A stretch of DNA of 64,000 nucleotides from positions 6,555 through 70,554 of the forward strand of contig JBBQEI010000013.1 of NCBI GenBank assembly GCA_038320545.1. Direction: 5' to 3'. The notes under the pieces were generated by a model. The model was not told the origin of the DNA. It made no database searches and was given only the letters and a program-made list of their open reading frames with translations. Each line of letters begins with the position of its first letter. The stretch's first letter is position 1. The stretch comes from Bacteroidales bacterium (GTDB lineage Bacteria > Bacteroidota > Bacteroidia > Bacteroidales > JAAUTT01). The translations under genes were made by a program, and so were the position numbers. Below, piece by piece: positions 1 through 8,884 of the stretch.

Positions 1-1
1 C

Positions 2-757
2 CTTGTTGGTTTTGCTGACGATATTCTGGGGTTAAAACCTAATGTGCGTTTCCTTGTTCAGTTTTTTTGCGCAGCATTGGCTTTATGGTTTTTAAAGGGT
101 CTTCGCTACTTTCCATTTCCCTGGGGTGATTTCGATATAGTTCTTATTCTGACTCCATTGGCCTTTATTGCCATCATATGGGCGATTAATTTTTATAATT
201 TTTTGGACGGTATTGATGGGTATATAGGATCGGAGTTAGTCTTTGTTGGCCTGGGTGCATTTATCCTTACAGGCGATCAAACAGGATTATTACTTGCTGC
301 TGCAAACTTTGGCTTCTTACTCTGGAACTGGCCCAAAGCCAAGATTTTTATGGGTGATGTGGGGAGTACTTTGTTGGGTTTTACTATTGCTGTAATGGCA
401 ATTTATCATCAAAACAATCATATCTCTTCAATTTGGGTGTGGTTGATTTTAACTTCTGTTTTTTGGTTCGATGCTACCGTTACGCTCATTAGAAGGTTTA
501 TCAACAAGGAAAAGCTTTCGGAAGCGCACCGGAAACATGCTTACCAACGGGCGGTACAGTCGGGGTTTAGTCACCAGCAGACTGTTATAGGGTCTATTTG
601 GTTAAATATTTTTGGATTTGGCTTTGCCTGGTTTGCACATTACTATGTCAGTTTAGCCTGGGTTTTTTTAATTGCTGATCTGTGTATATTATTTTTGGCG
701 CTGAAGTATATCGACAGGAGAAAACCATTTGAATATAGAAAGACAACTAATGAGTAA
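2..757 (+). CDS. Polyprenyl-phosphate HexNAc-1-phosphate transferase, MraY/WecA/WbpL family (5' end outside the window)
   Basis: The frame is open from base 2; LVGFADDILGLKPN precedes the GTG at 44 used in the ORF track. It is a polytopic hydrophobic protein with NFYNFLDGIDG and MGDVGSTLLG motifs typical of this transferase family. Confidence 0.8.
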   Translation, partial: LVGFADDILGLKPNVRFLVQFFCAALALWFLKGLRYFPFPWGDFDIVLILTPLAFIAIIWAINFYNFLDGIDGYIGSELVFVGLGAFILTGDQTGLLLAAANFGFLLWNWPKAKIFMGDVGSTLLGFTIAVMAIYHQNNHISSIWVWLILTSVFWFDATVTLIRRFINKEKLSEAHRKHAYQRAVQSGFSHQQTVIGSIWLNIFGFGFAWFAHYYVSLAWVFLIADLCILFLALKYIDRRKPFEYRKTTNE

Positions 758-1004
758 AGTGAGCCTCAGTCATGCTTCCACTCAGCCTGTTTACTGCTTT
801 TCGCCTGATGCGACCAGTATCCTATCTATTTAAAAACACAAGGATGTTATGTAGGAACTATATTCCTTTCTGGGCGCAGCCCGTTCTTTGGAGCAATAAA
901 GATTTCCTGTACCTTATTAGCCACAGGTTTCCTTCGAATTTATTTATTTACGCAGGTTAATTAGAAATCTCTAATAAATTTAATCTTCTTTTTGTTGCGT
1001 TTTC

Positions 1005-1012
1005 TATCTTTG
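1005..1012 (+). promoter_or_regulatory. Candidate Bacteroidota -7 promoter box (TATCTTTG)
   Basis: Matches the TAnnTTTG consensus about 20 nt upstream of the ATG at 1032. Confidence 0.4.
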
Positions 1013-1031
1013 TTTTTTATATAGAAACTCA

Positions 1032-4000
1032 ATGATTGTCCCTAACAATAACGAGGAAATACTTTGGAATAAGTATAATAGTCTTCCTGCCGATATACGC
1101 TTTTTTGCTGATATTGCGATTCTTTTGTTCGAACCCGTAAATTATTTCCAGTTCGAGGATTTGATTAGGAACTTGAAAATCAAAAATCCCCCAAAATCAT
1201 ATTTTCAGGTTTATTCGGCACTTAATAAGGCTGGAGTAACAAATACAAGCGATTACAATGTTCTGGCTATTCATTCTTATATAGTTGTAAAAGCATTTCC
1301 GGAGCTTTACAGAAAAAATGAATATATCCCTTATATTTCGCAGATCCAGAAATTTTCTCTGCAAAACCTGAATTTTCACTTCCGTCCTGTTTCTCCATTA
1401 AGGTTTTTAAGGAATTTTATAATTGGATGTTTTGAAAAAGACAAGGCAATGATGGAGGAGTCAGTAAAATTCATGAATTCTGATAGTCCTTTGTTACGGA
1501 AAATTCTGGTTCAAATGCTTTTTAGTGGTCTATATGATGATGTTTTATTGAAATTACCAACAAATTTTCATCATAGTTGTATTAATGGGGCTATTGTTTA
1601 TGTGGTTTATCAATTCAACAGCAGGGAGCCTTTGTATTTGTTTATTGATAAGCTTACTCCTTTGGAGGTTACTTCACCCCATACAGAAAATTACTACAAT
1701 GGAATATTAGCAGCATTGAAGCTTTTCGAGGGTAAATTTACTGAGGCATTAGATGTAGCAAATAAATATCCATCTACATTTTCCGACTATGTGATTGGAA
1801 TTTGTTCTATGTATAATGGCGATCTGCAAACTGCTAAAAACATTTTCTATAATCAGATATTGTTATTTAGGCGTAAAACAGGGCAAAGAAAGTATTTTCC
1901 GGATATCCATTTCGGATTTTTTTATTTATTGCTTTTATCAGTTCATCAACCTGGTTCTCACAATACCGAACTGGCTCAATTAGAGAAATTATTCCTGAAA
2001 AGCGATTTGCTTGAGGATAAATTATTACTGAGCCTTATTAACAATGCCTTAGGGAGGAAATATGAAGCTAAGATAATTCTTTCAAAAACTTATTTTGAAA
2101 AAATCTATACCTCCGAATATTTGGATGTTACAATTTATTTGATAATTGTATTTATTCTGGAAGGTAAATTAACGGATGAACAAATTGTACTTGCCAAACA
2201 ATTATACGATATAGCAATATCTGTTAATCAATTACTTTATGCACATGAATTGGGATGGATATTGAATTCACAAAATGTAAAGCATAACAAGCTTATTTTG
2301 AAGGACTACCAACCTCTTTTAAGCAGCTTTGTTAAGAATGAGGCATGGGACGATATGCTTACCAGTTTGCTTGCTATTAGTGGTAATGGGAGTAATGTTA
2401 AGAAGGATAAAATGGATGGAAGCCGACTCATTTATTTGGTCGATTTTGATGCCAGATTGGTGCAATCTGTTTTGCAAACGCGAATTGCCAGCGGTTGGAG
2501 CAAAGGAAGAAATGTAAGTCTTAAAAAACTTAAAAATGGTGAAGTGGATTGTTTAACACCACAGGATTTAAAAATTGTTTCTACTATTGAACATAACAGA
2601 TCTTATTACGGTGTTGAATACAGTTTTGATTTCGACAAAGTTCTGAACGAGCTTGCAGGGCATCCTTTATTATTTTATTACGCTAATCCCGAAATTCCTG
2701 TTGAGTTGATCAGAACCCCTCCCGAACTTATTATCGAAAAAACGGCAAAAGGGTATAAAATACAATGCAATGTTGGGGATACAGGGAGCAAGCAAGTCTT
2801 GTTAAAGGAAACCAATACCCGTTATAAGTATGTTGAACTTACTGAAGAACAGCTTCTGGTTATTCGTGCTTTAACCCACGGAATGCCCCTTATTCCTGTA
2901 AAAGGCAAAGATAAGCTTTTTAAAACCCTGGCCCATGTAAGCAGTTTTATGACTGTGCATTCCGATTCAGTAATTGCAGAGGAAAACATCAAATCTGTTC
3001 AGGCCGATTCTCGCGTCAGGGTTCAGATTCTCCCGGTTGGAGGATCGTTAAAGGCCGAATGTTTTGTAAAACCTTTTGGTACTGTGCCTCCTTATTCCAA
3101 GCCTGGCAAAGGTGGTAAAACAGTTTATGGAATAATCGAAAACGAAAAATGCATCGTAAATCGAAATCTTGAGCAGGAATTGGCTAATGTTATTACCCTG
3201 GCGAATGCGGTGAGTGAAATCGCGGATGCTGATTTAATTACAGCTCCAGTTATGTTTAGCGATCCGCACGAATGTCTTTCGTTGTTGGAAGTTCTTCGCT
3301 CTCATCAGGAAATAGCCGTGGTTGAATGGCCTGAAGGAGAGCGTTTTCGAGTGAGACAGTCGCTATCGTTTCAACAACTTCAGTTAAAAGTGAATAGTCG
3401 TGGAAACTGGTTTGAATTATCGGGCGAACTTAAACTGGACGAGAATAGAGTGCTAACGCTTCAGCAGCTTTTGTCGATGCGTACGAAAAGTAAAGGCCGT
3501 TTCGTGGAAATTGGCGATAACGAATTCGTTGCCCTTTCGGAAGAACTAAAAAAACGCCTCGACGAGCTGGCAATATATTCTTCGATTGATAAAAAGGAAA
3601 TTAAAGTAAATAAATTTGCCTCGCATGCATTGGAAGAGATCACTCAAAATGCGGGTTCGTTTAAAACCGATAAGGCATGGAAAGAATTCCAGAAAAAAAT
3701 TAAAATCACTGATAATTTGATCATTGGCATTCCCACTACTCTGGAGGCGGAGTTAAGGCCATATCAGGAAGAAGGTTTCAGGTGGATGGCCCGTTTAGCA
3801 GCCTGGGATGCCGGAGCATGTCTGGCCGATGATATGGGCCTGGGAAAAACTGTTCAGGCGCTCACCTTATTATTGCACCGTGCCGCTCAGGGATCTGCAT
3901 TGGTTGTTTGTCCGGCATCGGTGGTGAACAACTGGGTAACGGAGGCTCGGAAATTTGTCCCAACGCTTAATGTTAGTGTGCTTCCGGTGACTAACCGTGA

Positions 4001-5120
4001 AGAGATTTTGGAAAACCTGAAAGAATTCGACCTTCTCATTATCACTTATGGAATTCTGCAAACGGTGAATGAGCTGCTTGGGAAAATAACCTGGAATACT
4101 GTTATACTCGACGAAGCACATGCCGTGAAAAATAACAACACGAAAACCTCCAAAGCTGCCATGAACCTGCAGGCGAATTTCAGGCTGATTTTAACGGGCA
4201 CACCGGTACAAAATCATCTGGGGGAACTCTGGAACTTGTTTAACTTTATAAACCCCGGTTTACTTGGAACGTATCAGCAGTTTAATGAACGGTTTATGTC
4301 TTCCGGACCGGATGAGGTTCTATCTGAAAAGCAATATCTTAAAAAACTTATATCGCCTTTTATGCTTAGACGAACCAAGGCGAAGGTGCTGGATGAATTA
4401 CCTCCTAAAACGGAGATCACACATTTAATTGAATTGTCGGACGATGAGAAAGTTTTTTACGAAGCGTTACGACGGCAGGCTATCGCTTCCATTGAATCGG
4501 ATGAGGGCCCTTCCGGCCAAAAGCACCTAAAAGCCTTGGCTGAAATAACCCGCTTACGTTTAGCATGTTGTAATGTTTCTCTGGTCGATAATACCCAAAA
4601 ACTGGCTTCAGCAAAACTGGATACATTTTTTGAAATAGTGGACGAATTGCTCGAAAACAAACACCGCGCTCTCGTATTCAGTCAGTTTATCGGTCACCTG
4701 AACATTGTGCGCAAGGCAATCGAAAAACGTAATATCAGCTATCAGTATCTCGATGGTTCAACTCCCATTCCGGAAAGGGCAGTGATTGTGAAAAATTTCC
4801 AGGAAGGCTCGGGCGATTTATTTCTGATTAGTCTTAAAGCCGGAGGGCTAGGACTTAATTTAACAGGGGCCGATTATGTGATCCATCTCGATCCTTGGTG
4901 GAACCCTGCCATTGAAGATCAGGCATCGGACAGGGCTCACCGCATTGGACAAACACGACCTGTTACCATTTATCGTCTGGTGGCGAAAGATACCATCGAA
5001 GAAAAGATTATCCGGTTACATCATACTAAAAGGGATATGGCCGATAGTCTGCTAGAAGGTACTGACCAGGCTGCTAAACTCTCTACGAACGATTTGCTGA
5101 ATTTGTTAAAGGAATTGTAG
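1032..5120 (+). CDS. SNF2-family DEAD/DEAH helicase with a long N-terminal extension
   Basis: 1362-aa ORF. The C-terminal third carries DDMGLGKT, ILDEAHAVKN, LTGTPVQN and the helicase-C block GGLGLNLTGADYVIHLDPWWNPAIEDQASDRAHRIGQ. The middle part resembles the bacterial SNF2-helicase-associated domain. The first ~450 aa have no motif I can name. Confidence 0.9.
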   Translation: MIVPNNNEEILWNKYNSLPADIRFFADIAILLFEPVNYFQFEDLIRNLKIKNPPKSYFQVYSALNKAGVTNTSDYNVLAIHSYIVVKAFPELYRKNEYIPYISQIQKFSLQNLNFHFRPVSPLRFLRNFIIGCFEKDKAMMEESVKFMNSDSPLLRKILVQMLFSGLYDDVLLKLPTNFHHSCINGAIVYVVYQFNSREPLYLFIDKLTPLEVTSPHTENYYNGILAALKLFEGKFTEALDVANKYPSTFSDYVIGICSMYNGDLQTAKNIFYNQILLFRRKTGQRKYFPDIHFGFFYLLLLSVHQPGSHNTELAQLEKLFLKSDLLEDKLLLSLINNALGRKYEAKIILSKTYFEKIYTSEYLDVTIYLIIVFILEGKLTDEQIVLAKQLYDIAISVNQLLYAHELGWILNSQNVKHNKLILKDYQPLLSSFVKNEAWDDMLTSLLAISGNGSNVKKDKMDGSRLIYLVDFDARLVQSVLQTRIASGWSKGRNVSLKKLKNGEVDCLTPQDLKIVSTIEHNRSYYGVEYSFDFDKVLNELAGHPLLFYYANPEIPVELIRTPPELIIEKTAKGYKIQCNVGDTGSKQVLLKETNTRYKYVELTEEQLLVIRALTHGMPLIPVKGKDKLFKTLAHVSSFMTVHSDSVIAEENIKSVQADSRVRVQILPVGGSLKAECFVKPFGTVPPYSKPGKGGKTVYGIIENEKCIVNRNLEQELANVITLANAVSEIADADLITAPVMFSDPHECLSLLEVLRSHQEIAVVEWPEGERFRVRQSLSFQQLQLKVNSRGNWFELSGELKLDENRVLTLQQLLSMRTKSKGRFVEIGDNEFVALSEELKKRLDELAIYSSIDKKEIKVNKFASHALEEITQNAGSFKTDKAWKEFQKKIKITDNLIIGIPTTLEAELRPYQEEGFRWMARLAAWDAGACLADDMGLGKTVQALTLLLHRAAQGSALVVCPASVVNNWVTEARKFVPTLNVSVLPVTNREEILENLKEFDLLIITYGILQTVNELLGKITWNTVILDEAHAVKNNNTKTSKAAMNLQANFRLILTGTPVQNHLGELWNLFNFINPGLLGTYQQFNERFMSSGPDEVLSEKQYLKKLISPFMLRRTKAKVLDELPPKTEITHLIELSDDEKVFYEALRRQAIASIESDEGPSGQKHLKALAEITRLRLACCNVSLVDNTQKLASAKLDTFFEIVDELLENKHRALVFSQFIGHLNIVRKAIEKRNISYQYLDGSTPIPERAVIVKNFQEGSGDLFLISLKAGGLGLNLTGADYVIHLDPWWNPAIEDQASDRAHRIGQTRPVTIYRLVAKDTIEEKIIRLHHTKRDMADSLLEGTDQAAKLSTNDLLNLLKEL

Positions 5121-5198
5121 ATTTGGGCTTAACAGTTAGTACCTTATCTTTTAAATTGATATATTGGCATAATTCACTGCAATTAGAAATTGTGAGCA

Positions 5199-5282
5199 GG
5201 AATTTAGAAGTTAATGAAGTTAAAAGAAGTTATTGAACGAGTTTCTCTTCACAACTTCTCTCTTCCCATATTCTCATATTCC
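5199..5282. repeat. Low-complexity purine-rich tract followed by its approximate reverse complement
   Basis: GGAATTTAGAAGTTAATGAAGTTAAAAGAAGTTATTGAA is followed by TTCTCTTCACAACTTCTCTCTTCCCATATTCTCATATTCC. The outer GGAAT/ATTCC and the repeated GAAGTT/AACTTC words are complementary. It lies in the gap between two convergent genes. Confidence 0.5.
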
Positions 5283-5423
5283 AAATTTAGTAACTTCAAT
5301 AGCTTCTTCAACAGAATTAATTAACTTTTTGGTTCTGGCTTGTTCAGGTTAGGATTAATAATGTAAAACAGCAATAAGTTTAGCATTATTTTGGCTGTTA
5401 TTTTGATACAAGATACTGCTATT

Positions 5424-6002
5424 TTAGATCGTGAAAATTTCACCGGGGATAATTTTCAGATCAGGAAAAATGCTGGCAGATATTTCATCATTATCTTTGT
5501 ACACTCCCTCGGGTAAATATTTTCCTGATTGGTCAATACGGTAAACATTGATGGTGCGAGACTCCGGATCTACAATCCAATATTCCATAACGCCATATTT
5601 TTGGTACAAAAGGAGTTTGGTCCCAAAATCATATTTTACAGAAGTAGGCGATACAATCTCAATAATCCAGTCAGGTGCACCTTTCACTCCTTTTTCTCTT
5701 ATTTTACCAGGATCGCAAATGACTGAAATATCAGGTTGTACCACATTGTAGGTATCTTCATCTTCTTCACTGTTTTCAAAAAGACATACATCGAAAGGTG
5801 CCGAAAAAACCTGGCAATGCTTCCCTTTAAGATAATTATATATGTTTGCAAACAAAGCACCTGAAACCTGTTGATGTTTAGTGCCAGGTGCCGGTGTCAT
5901 ATCATAGGCTGATCCATCGACAATTTCCCAGCGTTTTTCATCGTCCCAGCAGAGGTAGTCTGCATAGGTAAATCGATCGTATTTTGTTTTGGGTATAGCC
6001 AT
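5424..6002 (-). CDS. Uma2-family (DUF820) putative restriction-endonuclease-like protein
   Basis: 192-aa ORF with the family pattern W.EIVDG...M.PAPG..HQ, PDISV and APDWIIEIVSPTS..YD...K...Y...GV.EYWIVDP. Confidence 0.85.
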   Translation of the reverse strand: MAIPKTKYDRFTYADYLCWDDEKRWEIVDGSAYDMTPAPGTKHQQVSGALFANIYNYLKGKHCQVFSAPFDVCLFENSEEDEDTYNVVQPDISVICDPGKIREKGVKGAPDWIIEIVSPTSVKYDFGTKLLLYQKYGVMEYWIVDPESRTINVYRIDQSGKYLPEGVYKDNDEISASIFPDLKIIPGEIFTI

Positions 6003-6235
6003 TTACACGTTAAATGTTTAATTTCTTAACCTATTTTGTTTGAATAATGTTTTAAAATTAGGCTTTTTTGGGGTATAGTTCCAAAGATCGATGAAAAATT
6101 TATTTTTGCTCGATTATCTAGAGATAACTTTCGGAACCACACCGGAACTTACATATAAAAATTTGATAAGATTTGATAAATGTGATGAACAATTCTGATC
6201 CAGATTATCTCAATAATAAGGATAGGGAAACCCAA

Positions 6236-6306
6236 TGTCGTTTAGTTTAGGAATTGAATAATTATTATACAAAAACAAGTTCGTCAGGCTGAGCGAAGTC
6301 GAAGCC
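6236..6306 (-). repeat. Partial copy of the dispersed CTTCGACTCCGCTCAG hairpin-repeat family
   Basis: The reverse complement reads GGCTTCGACTTCGCTCAGCCTGACGAACTTG...TTATTCAATTCCTAAACTAAACGACA. This aligns with 42064-42157 but lacks the right hairpin arm. Confidence 0.7.
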
Positions 6307-6353
6307 TATCTTCGATGATTTTGCAAATTATGTTTATAAACCTTAAGAATTAT

Positions 6354-7778
6354 CTAAAATACTCCGGTTTTTTTAACCGAAAGCATTATCCCAAAGTTTT
6401 CCCCATGCAATTCCCCTAAATCAGCCCCCAATGAACACGAAAGATTTAAATTCCAAGGAAGTATATTTATTACTTCTGCATTAATTAAAATTGAATTTTG
6501 TGTTTGCCCTGACGAATTTGGGTAGTAATTAGTTCCGTAATTCAGTGAATAGGTGTACAATAATTTGTATTTAATTGATTTTAAAATACCTTCCATTCCA
6601 AAATGATGTGCTAATACCCGGTTATTTCGGATATAATCCGAACTGTTACCTTTTAATATTGCGGGAGAGGTAATCAAAGGATTCCCTATAGTCAATTCCT
6701 GAAAAGACCATCCCTTAATATATATCCCATTATTAAAATAATTATCATTTCCACCTAATTCATAATAATTACCATCTGGCATTATGCTGTCTGTTGTATT
6801 AATCCTTCCACTCTGATCAGTCGAATTAAAAAATTCATATACAAAACCAGAAATCAATTTATCTTTTTCTTTAGATCTGATTGAAATTCCAAATAAGCCA
6901 TCCTTAATATTCCTGTAAGCCTTCCCCGAGCCATCTTCAAAAATGTTCTGCCAATAGAGTGATATTTTTGTTTTTGTTAAATCTATCTCCATTCCGAAAT
7001 TTCTGCTTCCTAAATGATTGCCCAGAGAATTATACCATTCAGCCCAAGGGGTATTTGGATCAGCCGAATTTCCACTCCTTCCTAAAAATACGCTTTTAAA
7101 CGCCTCCAGATTGTGGGGCAATTTTTTATACGGGTCGTTTATTTGACCACCCCATTGCGCAAAATGATGCAATCCATAAGATACATGAACGGGTAACTTT
7201 CCGCCTAATCGTAAATAAAAATATTTGTGATGAAGCCAAACGTTTTTGTTGTATTCATTATCGTCAAACCAGCCATGCGACATCCCGCCCTTAAATTCAA
7301 GATATTTCCATGTAAAGGGAACGGGAGTGTAATTAGGAACTCCAATGCTTAATTTGGGCATCGGACGAGCATTTTTGGACCATAAAATAAAACCGGTGGA
7401 TAATGTGGAATCCTGATTCCCAAAGAACTCTTCTTTTGCACCTGCCGTAAAATGAACGAAATGAAATTTTACCTCGCCAAACCATTGGTGCATATAGGCT
7501 TTTCCTGAACCGTCATATCGAAACAGCGGGGAAATGTTATAACTGTAATCGATTTTTTTATTCTTTGAAATGTTTTTATATATGGAAGGAAGTAAATAAA
7601 TACTGTTAGGTTGGGTCGATAATTTTCCGTATTGATTGGAATAAAACCAAAAAGGGGAATGTTTTCCACTTGAAATTATAGCTCCTGATTCAACAGTTAT
7701 AGAGGGGGAAGCTATTTGGGCGAAACTTGGAAATGTTATAGATATAAATACAAAAGATAAAAGAAATGATTTTTTCAA
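6354..7778 (-). CDS. Outer-membrane beta-barrel protein, possibly of the capsule-assembly Wzi family
   Basis: It has a signal peptide (MKKSFLLSFVFISITFPSFAQ), an aromatic-rich alternating pattern, a PFWFYSNQYG motif remembered from Wzi-family proteins, and a C-terminal GVF. It lies directly downstream of glycosyltransferase and CapD-like genes. Confidence 0.45.
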   Translation of the reverse strand: MKKSFLLSFVFISITFPSFAQIASPSITVESGAIISSGKHSPFWFYSNQYGKLSTQPNSIYLLPSIYKNISKNKKIDYSYNISPLFRYDGSGKAYMHQWFGEVKFHFVHFTAGAKEEFFGNQDSTLSTGFILWSKNARPMPKLSIGVPNYTPVPFTWKYLEFKGGMSHGWFDDNEYNKNVWLHHKYFYLRLGGKLPVHVSYGLHHFAQWGGQINDPYKKLPHNLEAFKSVFLGRSGNSADPNTPWAEWYNSLGNHLGSRNFGMEIDLTKTKISLYWQNIFEDGSGKAYRNIKDGLFGISIRSKEKDKLISGFVYEFFNSTDQSGRINTTDSIMPDGNYYELGGNDNYFNNGIYIKGWSFQELTIGNPLITSPAILKGNSSDYIRNNRVLAHHFGMEGILKSIKYKLLYTYSLNYGTNYYPNSSGQTQNSILINAEVINILPWNLNLSCSLGADLGELHGENFGIMLSVKKTGVF

Positions 7779-7782
7779 AGGC

Positions 7783-8862
7783 CTAGTTTAATAGCGTGAG
7801 TAATTTTTCAAATTGATTTTTTGCGTTAAATTTTTCGGAAATATGAAGATATGCTTTTTCCCCTATTTGTTTACGTAAATCAATGTCTTCCACAAGTTTG
7901 GAAACATATTCCGTGAGCTGGTGAACATTGCCGAATTCAGCAAGGAAACCTGTTTCTCCGTGTTTTATTATTTCAGGAATGCTACTGATATTGAATGCAA
8001 CAACCGGTTTGGCTTTGGCCATAGCTTCGATGAGTATATTAGCCGATCCTTCATGAAGAGAGGGCAGAACAAATATGTCTATTTTTTCAAGAAATGAATC
8101 TATATTTTCTACAAAATCCAGAAAATCAATATTTTCGTTTACTTTACTTTGATATGCATATTCTTCCAGGGAATGTCTGAGAGGTCCTTTTCCGGCAATT
8201 AATATTTTAAAGTTGAGCGATTTGCTTTTTAATTCTTTAGCAAGGTCAATCAGAAATCGTTGGCCTTTTTGCTCAACAAGTCTGCCGGCGTTTCCTATTA
8301 ATACCTCTTTTTTTATTTCTGCTGGATAAAAATCAATACCGTTTATTTTAACACCATTGTAAATCACATTAATTCTTTCTTCATCCATTAAAAAAGGATT
8401 TTTTTCCAAAAACCGTTTTTTAATTTCTCCTGAATTGGCTAATACACGAGTAATTACTGATCTGAATAAATATCTGTTCAGTAAGGTATTGTGTATTGGT
8501 AATGCTGTTCCTCTCCGGTAAATTATATTTTTTACACCAGCCAGTTTTGCTGCTATTCCAACAGCTTTTACATCAGAGGGAAGCCCTAAAATTACGGTGT
8601 AAATATTTTTACGTTTAAAGAAAAGGTATAGACGTACCAGTAATATTAGATTTAGAAAACTGAGATTGTGTATTCGAAAATTGTATGTTTTAATCCTTGA
8701 ATCTTTAATCCGTTTATTGATTTCGCTTTTAGCCTGACAACAAAAACTTACATTATAACCCCTTTCATTCAGATGAAAGGCAGTTTCGTAATGCCATTTT
8801 TCTCCTCCTCCCCAGCTTTTGCAACTATTGAATAAGCATATGTTATTTACCTGAGGTTCCAT
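7783..8862 (-). CDS. Glycosyltransferase family 4 (GT-B fold)
   Basis: 359 aa with the E-x7-E signature EGSANILIEAMAKAKPVVAFNISSIPEIIKHGETGFL. Confidence 0.85.
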   Translation of the reverse strand: MEPQVNNICLFNSCKSWGGGEKWHYETAFHLNERGYNVSFCCQAKSEINKRIKDSRIKTYNFRIHNLSFLNLILLVRLYLFFKRKNIYTVILGLPSDVKAVGIAAKLAGVKNIIYRRGTALPIHNTLLNRYLFRSVITRVLANSGEIKKRFLEKNPFLMDEERINVIYNGVKINGIDFYPAEIKKEVLIGNAGRLVEQKGQRFLIDLAKELKSKSLNFKILIAGKGPLRHSLEEYAYQSKVNENIDFLDFVENIDSFLEKIDIFVLPSLHEGSANILIEAMAKAKPVVAFNISSIPEIIKHGETGFLAEFGNVHQLTEYVSKLVEDIDLRKQIGEKAYLHISEKFNAKNQFEKLLTLLN

Positions 8863-8884
8863 TCAATATATTGCAGAATTGAAA

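Noticed and set aside
772-960. 62-aa ORF between the transferase gene and the SNF2 gene
   Set aside because: It has no recognisable motif and an odd composition, and it sits where the SNF2 promoter region is expected. It is most likely a chance ORF.
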